From sequence record NC_043027.1: a stretch of DNA of 32,000 bases; one strand, 5' to 3'. The notes beneath the pieces are model-generated. The model saw only the letters and a list, made by a program, of their open reading frames with translations. It did no database searches and had not been told where the DNA came from. Below, one piece after another: positions 17,508 to 26,927 of the stretch (position 1 is its first letter; every line of letters begins with the position of its first letter). The translations under genes were made by a program, and so were the position numbers. This DNA comes from Bacillus phage PBS1.

Positions 17508-20500
17508 ATGCCAATGAGAGTATTACCAAAATTCGTTAAGAATGTAGGTAGATCACTTGGAAGATCAACAGCTTCAGCATTTGGTGATATGATGCCTAGT
17601 ATGAAGAATTCAGGCATTGATAGTAAAAATTATATTGCTGAAGTATATAATTCTTCCAGAGAAAAAGTAACTCCTAATGAAGTTAAACAGACCTACATTT
17701 ATAAATCTGGACAGCAATTAATTAATAATGCAATTAGAGATCTTAAATCAGGTAATTTCTATAATAAAGAAAGACAACAACAAGCATCTAATGATTCTTT
17801 CAAAGAGATGTTTGGTATTGATTTAGATAATCTTACTAATTTTGAAGATCAAAATAAAGAAACAACAAAAGAAAAAGATGGAAAAACTATTCACAATACC
17901 AGCAATAACACTCAACAAAATGTTTTTGTGAATAATAGTGATCCATCTACTTCTAAAAGCATTCAGCAATTAACAACTATTTCATCTTCAGCTATGAAGA
18001 TGAGTCATTATAATTCTAGTGCTTTGAGTAAACAAATTTCTACATTAATTGAATTCCAGCATAATAACACTAACAGATTCTATACAGAGATGTCAAGTAA
18101 AATGGCTGATATTACAAGAGATGTTAGTCAGATGACCGGATTCCTTGGTGTAATGGCTGAGGTTTCAGTAGGTGGAACTAGAAGAACACAAGGCGAGTCC
18201 ATGCTTGCAACATTATTAGGGTTAGAAGGATTTAGTGTTAGTGGAATGAAGGATATGTATAGGAAAAAATATTCTAATTCTACTGGTGGAATGAAAGATA
18301 CATTTAATCTTGTTATTAAACCTTATATTGATGAAGTTGTTGCAAATCCAATTGGAGCTTTAACTAAAAATGCAATTAAGTTAGCTTTACCAAGAGCTTT
18401 AAAATCGGCTGTTGGTGATATGGATCAAATGTTTAAATTTCTTCCTACTATGATCCAAGGAAAAGCTAAAGATTGGGAAGGTAGCGATAATGTCTTTAAG
18501 AGAAATGCCGCAAAAATATTTGGCATTGATCTAAAAGAAGATAAGGGATTTAACTTTTCTAATTATGAAAAAGGAAAGGTAGCATTTGACGGTGTAACTA
18601 GACGTTCTATTGTTAATGTAATTCCATCATTGTTATCTAAAATTTTGGCTAGTGTTAGCAATAATTCAACTCATAAAGAAGAACTTATTTATGATTATGA
18701 TAAAGGAAAATTTACTACTAGAAAACGTGTAATAAAAGAAATGAATAGTGATATTAAAAACTTCACTATTGATAACTACGATCTTACTAATTATAAAGAA
18801 CAGATTGCAAGAGAGAATCAATCTAAATTTTCAAGCAGTGAAGAATTATCTGCTTTTATGGAAAGAGTTGATAAAGCTCTTTTATCCATGGTTAAAAATA
18901 GCAAAATGATTCATGGTAATAGCAAGGCATCTGATATTTCGGAGGACGAAGATGTTGCTAATGCTATCTTAAATAACTTCAAGGGTCAAACAAATGCTAA
19001 TAAGTCTAAATATCAATATGACCTGCTAAGTGCTTCAAAAGCTTATTCTGATATTTATAGAAGAATTGAGCAAAATGAATCATTCAATAATGCCTTTGAT
19101 ATGACAAAAGAAGAAAGAATATTTGAACCTGAAACTAATAAAGAAATGGCTAGAAGGGTAAAAACAAATATTGATAGATTCTTTGGCGTTGGTCAAGGTC
19201 CAGTAGAAAATAATATGAGTAAAAAGAATCCTCTTTATTGGTTAACTGAAGGTATCAAGAGAGTTAATGGAAAAACTTCTGAATTTTTTTATGGTCAGGA
19301 TAATAATGAATATGCATATACTAGACCTCAACAACCTTCTTCTAATCAGCAAAATACAGTAAATAGAGGATCTAAGATAAGAGATTTTGCTAGTAGAGTA
19401 GTAAATACAGGAAGTAATGCTATTTCTAAATTAAATACAAGAAATGGTTTAATGCCTGAGAGAAGAACTTCACCTTCAATTCCTGTTATTTCAAATACTG
19501 AGGATACTAGTAGTAACAATACAACAAGAGAATTAAGTAATTTAAATCAAAATATCGAAGAAGTAAATAATGAAATTAGTGGAGATAGAGGTATCACCAG
19601 AAGTATCTTCCTGTTAAATAGAAATATTGAACGTAATAATAGGATTATGGAAGGTAGAAATGATGAGAAAACATCCTCTTCTACTAATTCAACTGCCATT
19701 AGAACTACGAATGTACAAAACCCAGATCTTTCCATTCTCCCTAAGATTAATGATAATATTCTTCATATTATAGCATTACTAGAAGCTAAATTTAGTGGAG
19801 ATGGCTTACCAGTAGGTAGGATTGGAAAATTCAAAAATATTATTGGTAGTTATAAGGATAAAACTCTTAATTTCTTTGAAAAGTTATTTGGAAGAGGAAG
19901 ATCTAATTCAGGAGGTTTCTTCTCTAGAACAGCAGAAAAAGTTAAAGGCTTTATTGGAATGGTATTTGGTAATTCAGGTTCCAGAACTTCACTTTTATCT
20001 AAATTATTTGGTGGTGCAATGGATTCTATTAGAGGTGCTAATGGAAGACAATCTATTACATCAAGACTTCTAGGAAGAGATGGCATTATCACCAAGTTTG
20101 TTTCTGGTACATTAACAACTGTTTTGGATGTTGCGTCTAAAACAATTCCAAAAGCAACTAAATTTGCAGGAGAGGTAACAAAAGGATTTTTAAATTTTGG
20201 TAAAAGTGCTTTTTCACTAATACTTGGAGCAGGTAAAAAAGGATTAGATAAAGCTAAAGAACTTCGATCAAATAGATCTGCAAGTAGAGCAGGAAGAAGC
20301 GGAAATAGAAATATTAAAGGAATGAGAGGCTTACTTGGTCTTTTAACAAGTACTACTGGGAGTGTTATAGGAGGAGCAGGTAGCCTTATTGGTGGAAGCT
20401 TAAGCCTTGGTATGAGAGGCATTTCAAAAGTAGGAGATATCGCTTCAGGTATTGGTAATAAACTATCTGGTCGTAAAGGGCATAAAAAAAGTAAATCTTC

Positions 20501-23285
20501 TTCTAATAGAAGATCTTTTTCAATGCCAGATATTATAGATAGAGTATTTAATCGTAAAAGTGATTCACTGCATGTCTTTGTAGATGGCGGTTCTCTAGAT
20601 AAAATCCGAGAAGTAGTTAAGGTTCAGACACATATTAGTGATGGAAACTCTGCAGTAGAACAAATTGCAGAGTTTAAAAAAAGACGTCAAAATAATGAAA
20701 ATAGCCTTCTTCAAAACTTAAAAGGTGGTAGAAAGAAAAGAAATAGAAATAACCTTACAGGTGAACAGTCTTCTGGTGGAGGTTTTTTAAGCGGAACACT
20801 GAGTAATATTGCAGGTGATATTATTGGTGAGGTAATTGGAAATAAAATTGCTGGACGTGGAGGAAGAGATACTGGTACTAGAGCTGGAAGAAGAGCTGGA
20901 CGGAGAGGAATCTTTGGTAGAATTGGCGGTCTCTTTAATCGCAATAGAGGTGGTGCATCTGAAGCTATTGAAGGAGCAACTGATTTAGCACAAAACTCTA
21001 CTAGAATGGGAAGAAATCAATCAACTGGACGAGGAATTAGAGGTATGTTCAGTCGAATTGGTGGAGGATTATCTCGTCTAGGTGGACGAGGAATGGCAGG
21101 AATTGGTGCTTTAGGTGCTGGTGCAGGATTGGCATCTGGGGGTGCTGGAGTTGCTCAAGCCGCAACTACAGGCGCATCAGCTACACAGGCGGCTACTACG
21201 GCGGCAGGTGCTAGTGGAGTAGCAGGATCGGCTTCTGGAGGCGCTAAAGGACTTCTTAGAGGAGCCGGAACAGCACTTAGAGGGGCAGGTAGATTAGCAA
21301 AATTCATTCCGGGAGTAGGATTAGTTGCTACAGCAGGAATGGGTGTTATGGATGCTATTAATGGCGTTCAGAACGCTAACCAAATATTTGGAACTGAAAA
21401 AGCTACTTTAGGACAAAAAGTATCTGCAGGAGCAGGTAGTGTTATAAGTGGACTTACATTTGGTTTAGCTGATAAAGAAAAAGTTTCAAAAGGGATTTAT
21501 GGATTTGGTAACAAGATTAAAGATTTTGGTTCAAAAGCATTAAGTACAGTTAAGAAAAATCCTTTATTACTCGCCGGAGGTATTGGTGGAGGATTAGGAT
21601 TAGGTGCTTTAGGACTTTCTAAGATGTTTGGAAAAAAAGAGGATGAAGATCAAAAAAGAGATGCTGAAAAGGGAGAAAACAGTAAGCAACCTATTAATAA
21701 AATCTCTGCTTGGGTCGAAAAACTAGGTAAATTCTTCTCAATTGGTGCTGGTGGTACATTCTTTAGTGGTATCTGGGGAATGATTACTGGTAAAACAGGT
21801 GGTATCTTTGATAAGATTGGTAACTGGTTTAAAGGCTTATTTGGTGGAGGAAAAGATGATAGTAATTCAGGTGGCGATTCTTATACTGGTAAAATTGGTT
21901 CTGGTATTGGAGCACTAGCCGCTAAATATGAGTCTAGTGGTAATGCTGGAACGGTAGCAAATAGTTCTGGTGATATTGGTGGGCAATCATTTGGTAAATA
22001 TCAACTTGCAAGAAATACTGGGTCTTATAAATCTTTTATTAATAAGCTTAGTGATTATGGTCATGAAGATTGGGAAAAACAATTAAAATCAGCTTATAAT
22101 AGTACCTCTCAAAGTGCGGCAGTGTGGAAGAAGATATATAAGGAAAATCCAAAAGAATTTGAAAAAGTTCAAGATCAATATTTTGCAGATCAATATTTTA
22201 GACCAGCGGCAGGTAAAATCAAATCTGCAATTGGTTTAGATGTTGGTAAACGTTCTACAGCTGTTCAAGCGGTATTATTATCTACTGCTGTTCAACATGG
22301 AACTGCTGGTGCTGTTAATGTTTGGAAGAATGCACTTGGTAGTAAAGCAAATGATATGTCTGATTCTGAAATTATTAATGCAGTTTATAAAGAGCGTGCG
22401 GCTAATAATGGTATGAAATATTTCCCTAGTTCTTCTGCCGCTATTCGTAAAGGTGTTGTGAACCGATTCTCAAGAGAGAAAAAAGATGCATTAGCAATGT
22501 TAGCTAAAGATGGTGGAGAAAAAGCAAATACTTCATCTGATAGTGATAAAGATACAAAAGATTCTTCATCAACAGGTTCAACAGCGTCTAAGGTTATGAA
22601 TGATCGCAGTCAATTTTACGATAATCCATTTGACTCAGCTTCTTCAGGTGGAGGCTATACAAATAGTACAGCAGGTTATGACTCAGCTCCTTCTTCATCA
22701 TATAAGAGTATTGGTGGATTTAGTCTTGGTTCATCTGCTGGAAAAGCATTAACTTCTGGTTCTGCATATGTGGCAAATTTACTTTCAACATCTGATAAAG
22801 CAATGGGAGACTTAAGATGGTCAATTGGAAATAATACTATTTCTAAAGCGAATAGTATTAAGAATAACTATCTAAATTCCAATTCTTCAAGTAATCCATT
22901 TTCTGCATTAGGAATTGGCACTGGAACAACATCAAATATTAAATCGACTGCATCAAGTTCATTAGTAAGTCCATTAAGCTCTATTCCAAAACTTTCAAGT
23001 TCTTCTTCAGAAAGTAACACTGGAAGTACTATAACTGGAAATGATTTTACTGAAATGCTTAAGAACTCTGATGAAATTGCTCAAATGCAAAGTATTCTTA
23101 AACAAATTAATGAGAACAGCAAACAAGGAAATAGTATTCTGGCTAAGATGCTTGAAGCCATTATTGATATTAGAGATAATAAAAGTTTTGGTGGAACAAC
23201 AGTAGTCAATAATACTTCTTCAGGTTCAAATTACAGTTCTTCAAGTATTTCTCCAGAGACAGATAGTATGTTAAAGGGTTATTAA
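17508..23285 (+). CDS. Tape-measure-like protein (1925 aa) with embedded lysozyme-like peptidoglycan hydrolase domain
   Basis: Very long ORF with AAGAAGGTGA RBS, central Gly/Ala-rich hydrophobic stretches, and a C-terminal hydrolase-like segment SSGDIGGQSFGKYQLARNTGSYKSFINKLSDYGHEDW...AAGKIKSAIGLDVGKRSTAVQAVLLSTAVQHGTAGAVNVWKNAL. Confidence 0.8.
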   Translation: MPMRVLPKFVKNVGRSLGRSTASAFGDMMPSMKNSGIDSKNYIAEVYNSSREKVTPNEVKQTYIYKSGQQLINNAIRDLKSGNFYNKERQQQASNDSFKEMFGIDLDNLTNFEDQNKETTKEKDGKTIHNTSNNTQQNVFVNNSDPSTSKSIQQLTTISSSAMKMSHYNSSALSKQISTLIEFQHNNTNRFYTEMSSKMADITRDVSQMTGFLGVMAEVSVGGTRRTQGESMLATLLGLEGFSVSGMKDMYRKKYSNSTGGMKDTFNLVIKPYIDEVVANPIGALTKNAIKLALPRALKSAVGDMDQMFKFLPTMIQGKAKDWEGSDNVFKRNAAKIFGIDLKEDKGFNFSNYEKGKVAFDGVTRRSIVNVIPSLLSKILASVSNNSTHKEELIYDYDKGKFTTRKRVIKEMNSDIKNFTIDNYDLTNYKEQIARENQSKFSSSEELSAFMERVDKALLSMVKNSKMIHGNSKASDISEDEDVANAILNNFKGQTNANKSKYQYDLLSASKAYSDIYRRIEQNESFNNAFDMTKEERIFEPETNKEMARRVKTNIDRFFGVGQGPVENNMSKKNPLYWLTEGIKRVNGKTSEFFYGQDNNEYAYTRPQQPSSNQQNTVNRGSKIRDFASRVVNTGSNAISKLNTRNGLMPERRTSPSIPVISNTEDTSSNNTTRELSNLNQNIEEVNNEISGDRGITRSIFLLNRNIERNNRIMEGRNDEKTSSSTNSTAIRTTNVQNPDLSILPKINDNILHIIALLEAKFSGDGLPVGRIGKFKNIIGSYKDKTLNFFEKLFGRGRSNSGGFFSRTAEKVKGFIGMVFGNSGSRTSLLSKLFGGAMDSIRGANGRQSITSRLLGRDGIITKFVSGTLTTVLDVASKTIPKATKFAGEVTKGFLNFGKSAFSLILGAGKKGLDKAKELRSNRSASRAGRSGNRNIKGMRGLLGLLTSTTGSVIGGAGSLIGGSLSLGMRGISKVGDIASGIGNKLSGRKGHKKSKSSSNRRSFSMPDIIDRVFNRKSDSLHVFVDGGSLDKIREVVKVQTHISDGNSAVEQIAEFKKRRQNNENSLLQNLKGGRKKRNRNNLTGEQSSGGGFLSGTLSNIAGDIIGEVIGNKIAGRGGRDTGTRAGRRAGRRGIFGRIGGLFNRNRGGASEAIEGATDLAQNSTRMGRNQSTGRGIRGMFSRIGGGLSRLGGRGMAGIGALGAGAGLASGGAGVAQAATTGASATQAATTAAGASGVAGSASGGAKGLLRGAGTALRGAGRLAKFIPGVGLVATAGMGVMDAINGVQNANQIFGTEKATLGQKVSAGAGSVISGLTFGLADKEKVSKGIYGFGNKIKDFGSKALSTVKKNPLLLAGGIGGGLGLGALGLSKMFGKKEDEDQKRDAEKGENSKQPINKISAWVEKLGKFFSIGAGGTFFSGIWGMITGKTGGIFDKIGNWFKGLFGGGKDDSNSGGDSYTGKIGSGIGALAAKYESSGNAGTVANSSGDIGGQSFGKYQLARNTGSYKSFINKLSDYGHEDWEKQLKSAYNSTSQSAAVWKKIYKENPKEFEKVQDQYFADQYFRPAAGKIKSAIGLDVGKRSTAVQAVLLSTAVQHGTAGAVNVWKNALGSKANDMSDSEIINAVYKERAANNGMKYFPSSSAAIRKGVVNRFSREKKDALAMLAKDGGEKANTSSDSDKDTKDSSSTGSTASKVMNDRSQFYDNPFDSASSGGGYTNSTAGYDSAPSSSYKSIGGFSLGSSAGKALTSGSAYVANLLSTSDKAMGDLRWSIGNNTISKANSIKNNYLNSNSSSNPFSALGIGTGTTSNIKSTASSSLVSPLSSIPKLSSSSSESNTGSTITGNDFTEMLKNSDEIAQMQSILKQINENSKQGNSILAKMLEAIIDIRDNKSFGGTTVVNNTSSGSNYSSSSISPETDSMLKGY
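21900..22420 (+). other. Predicted muralytic (lysozyme/transglycosylase-like) domain within the tape-measure-like protein
   Basis: ALAAKYESSGNAGTVANSSGDIGGQSFGKYQLA...FADQYFRPAAGKIKS...VLLSTAVQHGT resembles tail-associated hydrolase domains (catalytic-type E in YESSG and SFGKYQ motifs). Confidence 0.65.
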
Positions 23286-23302
23286 TAGAGAGGTGATTTA
23301 TT

Positions 23303-24328
23303 ATGGCAGATGAACAGCAAAACGTTGATGAACAACAGTCACAGATAATTGGAGATGAGTTTTTCCAAGAAGGTAACTCTAATTCAGATTCAAAAGGTGG
23401 ATTTGGAACAAGTGTAGAATATACTGATGGTTTTGAAGCGTTAATTGGATCTTCTAAGGGTGGTTCTGGTTCTTATGCTACACCTACATGGAATCCATAT
23501 AAATCAGATAGTGTATTAGGCTTACCTTTATACTACAATGATTTAGCGGATCCTTCGGGAAGAGTATACAATCAAACCATTATTCAAGATATTCCTAATA
23601 TATACATGGTTCCCGGAATTCCATCTATTAATAGAAATATGATTGACGTAGCAGGAAAACGTATTATTCCTGCTACTCTTTCTCGTGCATTAATGGATTT
23701 TCAAAATAATCCAAATAGTATTTTTAATTTTGGAGTTAGAGGAGTAAAAAGTGGTAATGACCTTCGTTTCATAGGGTTTAAAGCAGATTATTCTGAATAC
23801 TTTAAATATGTACAAACTATGTTAAGTACTATACATTCATATATGGCAATGGATGGCATATTTGATTTATATAGATTCTCAGATGACTTTAATAATAGTT
23901 TTAAAAATTATGGATTATGTTTTTATGCAGATAAATCTACAACTATTTCTGAGTCAGCTGATAATACTTATGCGGCTTCTAGAACAGCAGAAATGGTAAG
24001 TGAGAAAGCGGCTACTTTAAGGGAAGCAGATTTATTATATCCTACAGGAAGTACAACATCTCGTATTGTTGACTCAATTAAAGCGGCTAATCCAATTGGT
24101 GTACTAGAATCATTAGGTTCATTTGATGGAATTATCACTCGTACATCAAATGCATTATTTCGTGTTGTAAATGGATCACAATTAATGTTCCCTGACTTTT
24201 GGCAAGATTCTAGATTTGATAAATCTTATAATATTAGTTTCAAATTTTATAGTCCTTATGGTGATAGAGAAAGTATATTTAGATACGTGTATGTACCTTT
24301 TATAGCACTATTAGCATTAGCATTGCCT
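23303..24328 (+). CDS. Putative virion structural protein, exon 1
   Basis: MADEQQNVDEQQS...FRYVYVPFIALLALALP; the ORF stops at the first codon of a group I intron (CCT|TAA). AGAGAGG RBS. Confidence 0.82.
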
Positions 24329-24769
24329 TAAATGACGGGGCAATTAAAACTCTTTTAACTGCTGGAACATCCTTAGAGCTTATTAGACTACAACGTGACT
24401 GGTGACAGTGAGCGTGAATGTTTAAAAACTAATAAGATTGGACAATCAGCAACTAGTTAAAACTTCCACATGGAAGTTACTAGCTCAACGACTATCGAAA
24501 CCACATCATTTGATGGAAGGAAGTAGAGTACCCCACAAGCGTGGTTACATTTAGGCATAAATGTAAGTATAGTAAACTAATACTATATGGGAAACAAAGA
24601 GCATGATGAAGGCAAAAAGCTGGAGTGAAGATATAGTCTCAACTTCTATGGAAACATAGAGCATGATGAAGGCAAAAAGCTGGAGTGAAGATATAGTCTC
24701 AACTTCTATGGAAACATAGAGCAGTTCATAAGAGAACGCACTGAAGTAGCGACTCAGTGGAAGGTTATG
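24329..24769 (+). other. Group I intron E (no ORF) with duplicated P7/P9 region
   Basis: P1 UUGCCU|UAAAUGACG-GGGCAA with U.G splice pair; P10 TGACG with 3' exon CGTCA (perfect 5 bp). TTTTAACTGCTGG core, CAACGACTATC (R), GAAGATATAGTC (S, two copies), GCAGTTCATAAGAGAACG near the 3' end. Splicing is in frame. Confidence 0.92.
24601..24720 (+). repeat. Exact 60-bp tandem duplication inside intron E
   Basis: GAGCATGATGAAGGCAAAAAGCTGGAGTGAAGATATAGTCTCAACTTCTATGGAAACATA at 24601-24660 and again at 24661-24720. Confidence 0.97.
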
Positions 24770-24829
24770 CGTCAAGACGGTTTATTAGGATATCAGCAAC
24801 CATTCTTTGTAAGAATGTCTCGTCCGGGT
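24770..24829 (+). CDS. Putative virion structural protein, exon 2 (60 nt, 20 aa)
   Basis: RQDGLLGYQQPFFVRMSRPG, frame-compatible with both neighbouring exons; flanked by intron P1/P10 pairings. Confidence 0.88.
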
Positions 24830-25311
24830 TAACTAAATAGCTCGGCTTATGAGTAATCATAAGAAACAATCATTCTCTAATTGCTGGAAAGTCTTAACAT
24901 GTTGTGATGAAGATAATCAGCAGCGAAGATTATTAGTTTTAGATTGTGTAATAAAAAATTATATCAATAGTAAAATAAACAAAATAATATAAAAATAATT
25001 ATTGTAAGATTAATAATATTCCACTTTTAAGAATACCATATAAATATAGGGATACTGTTGATATAATTCTAGAAGACTTCTTTACTAATAATAACGTTCA
25101 ACGACTATCCGAAAGTAATCGTTAGATTATGAGTAGCCTAAAAATAGGCAATAGGAGTACGGCTCAAGTGTTTGGAGTGGGTGAAAATCCCTTAAATGGA
25201 AACGGGAATCCCCTCTTTAGAGAGGGTGAAGATATAGTCTCATCTCTATGGAAACATAGAGCAGTTCATAAGAGAACGCATTAGATGTAGCGAATCTAAT
25301 GGAAGATAATG
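24830..25311 (+). other. Group I intron F (no ORF)
   Basis: P1 CCGGGU|UAACUAAAUA-GCUCGG (6 bp with U.G); P10 AAAUA with 3' exon UAUUU (perfect 5 bp). TTCAACGACTATCC (R), GAAGATATAGTCTC (S), P9 hairpin TCTATGGAAACATAGA. Terminal G. Confidence 0.93.
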
Positions 25312-25698
25312 TATTTTGACATAGATATGGGAGTAGTAACAAGCTTGACTATTACTAAAGGCGGAGCTGATAGTCTTTGGACAGTTGACGGTCATCCGCA
25401 AATGATTGAAGTTAATATGAACGTAGTAGATTTATATCCGCAAATGATTCAAATTAAAGATATTGGTTTACTTGCTTATAATTTGGGAATTGCATCATTC
25501 TTAGAAAATATGGCAGGAATAAGACCAGACCAATTAAGTTTTCTTAAATTTAAATCATTAATTAATAGAAAACTATCAAATTCATTATTGTTTACTACTT
25601 TCCTTGATGGAGGTTCAGGAATTAAAGATAGAGTTGGTAATAAATTTGCTGACTTCTTCTATGAACTACAAGGTAAGTTTAATAATATATTAAGATAA
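25312..25698 (+). CDS. Putative virion structural protein, exon 3
   Basis: YFDIDMGVVTSLTITKGGADSLWTVDGHPQMIEVNM...GKFNNILR*. The ORF-track start at 25309 (ATG) uses intron sequence. Three exons together encode 490 aa. Confidence 0.88.
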   Translation, partial: YFDIDMGVVTSLTITKGGADSLWTVDGHPQMIEVNMNVVDLYPQMIQIKDIGLLAYNLGIASFLENMAGIRPDQLSFLKFKSLINRKLSNSLLFTTFLDGGSGIKDRVGNKFADFFYELQGKFNNILR

Positions 25699-25735
25699 AT
25701 TAAGAAAGAACCTTTATTTAGGTTCTTTCTTAATT
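25698..25735 (+). terminator. Intrinsic terminator-like hairpin after the structural gene
   Basis: 15-bp perfect stem AATTAAGAAAGAACC/GGTTCTTTCTTAATT with 8-nt loop TTTATTTA. Confidence 0.75.
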
Positions 25736-25815
25736 AATACAATTCTAAATTCCTAACTTTTAAAGAATATGCCTAACAGATTAATAGAAATTAAATCTGA
25801 TTGGAGGTAGAATTC

Positions 25816-26415
25816 TTGGCATTTAAAAAAGGTAGTATTTCACAAACTACCAAATCGCAAAAAAAGAAATTAGAAAAAATTAAAAATACTGAAATTGAGT
25901 TAATAATTAATGAATTAGATGATAATCAAGTAGTTGTTAATATTAACATGAATAGCATAATAGAACCATATGTAAGAAATAGATTGGCAGGTAATTCATC
26001 ACATCTATATGATCCATTAAATACTTATAAGAAACAGATAAGACGAAAATTAAAAGAACAACTAGAAAATTATGAAAACTTTAAAATGGGAGAAGGTAAA
26101 ATTACTTTCATTATTGATGTATATACTGTTCCACCTAAGTCATTTACAAAAAGACAACTAGTATATGCTATATTTAAGAGAATTATAAGACCTATTGTTA
26201 AACCAGACTTAGATAATGTTGCTAAAACTGCAATGGATGTTTGTTCTAAATTATTTTGGAAAGATGATAATCAAGTAGTAGAACTTAAAGTGAGAAAATT
26301 TTATGGGGAAAACCAAGCAACTTATATTAAATTTTACATGGATTTAAAGCCAGATGAAATTCGGGGAAGAGCAAATGAGGAGGAAAATGAACTATGGAAA
26401 ACGCTAAATCTTTAG
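25816..26415 (+). CDS. RusA-like Holliday junction resolvase / endodeoxyribonuclease
   Basis: KITFIIDVYTVPPKSFTKRQLVYAI...IRPIVKPDLDNVAKTAMDVCSKLFWKDDNQVVELKVRKFYGE matches the RusA pattern (KPDLDN...DAL...WKDD.QV..L...K). RBS GGAGGT precedes TTG at 25816 rather than the ORF-track start 25801. Confidence 0.85.
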   Translation: MAFKKGSISQTTKSQKKKLEKIKNTEIELIINELDDNQVVVNINMNSIIEPYVRNRLAGNSSHLYDPLNTYKKQIRRKLKEQLENYENFKMGEGKITFIIDVYTVPPKSFTKRQLVYAIFKRIIRPIVKPDLDNVAKTAMDVCSKLFWKDDNQVVELKVRKFYGENQATYIKFYMDLKPDEIRGRANEEENELWKTLNL

Positions 26416-26900
26416 CGGATACATCAAAGTATCTCAACCAAAGTGACATTGAAAATATTGTGAAAGTAAATAAAATTAAAAAGGATATTACTAGTTTTTT
26501 TGATATGGATTTATTCATCAATAAGATGAGAGATATTATTGATGAATCTGAACATTTTGACTTTAGAAGTAAAACTTCACGATTATATATTGAAAAAGAA
26601 AGACCAAATTTTATTTTAAAATATGTATCAGATGAACTAACAAATAAAATTAATTCTGTACAAGGTTCTGATCCAGAAGAAACTGAGTCAATTCAAATTG
26701 ATATTATTACTGAATACATCTTTAATGATGTTATCTCTAAATTTTCTACTTTTGTTACTGATTGTATTAAAGACACAGAAAAATTAAATGATTTATTTTC
26801 AGATATTCCAGATGATATCAAAGATATTCTAATTTCAAATATTTATACAATTAGACCTGATATCAAGGGAAATAACATTCAAGTACTTTATTTTATTTAA
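26394..26900 (+). CDS. Hypothetical protein (168 aa)
   Basis: Overlaps the 3' end of the resolvase gene by 22 nt in another frame; GAGGAGG-like RBS. Confidence 0.6.
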   Translation: MENAKSLADTSKYLNQSDIENIVKVNKIKKDITSFFDMDLFINKMRDIIDESEHFDFRSKTSRLYIEKERPNFILKYVSDELTNKINSVQGSDPEETESIQIDIITEYIFNDVISKFSTFVTDCIKDTEKLNDLFSDIPDDIKDILISNIYTIRPDIKGNNIQVLYFI

Positions 26901-26927
26901 TAAAAAAGATTACAGGGGGTTTTCATA

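Noticed and set aside
19547-20944. Several antisense ORFs (19547-19735, 19850-20422, 20711-20944) and plus ORF 19822-20073
   Set aside because: All lie within the tape-measure-like coding sequence; proline/leucine-rich composition arises from its Gly/Lys/Arg codons.
24329-24769. Group II intron or IS element explanation for the ORF interruption
   Set aside because: Termini lack GUGYG/AY and there is no domain V or transposase; P1, P7 and P10 pairings specifically match group I architecture.
24551-24775. Minus-strand ORF with internally repeated peptide (YVSIEVETISSLQLFAF)
   Set aside because: Antisense read-through of the 60-bp tandem duplication in intron E; artefact.
24329-25311. Retron, DGR or reverse-transcriptase-linked variable region around the interrupted structural gene
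   Set aside because: No reverse transcriptase ORF, no template/variable repeat pair; the gap is fully explained by two group I introns.
26327-26521. Minus-strand ORF (64 aa, hydrophobic)
   Set aside because: Antisense to the resolvase/168-aa gene junction; no independent evidence.
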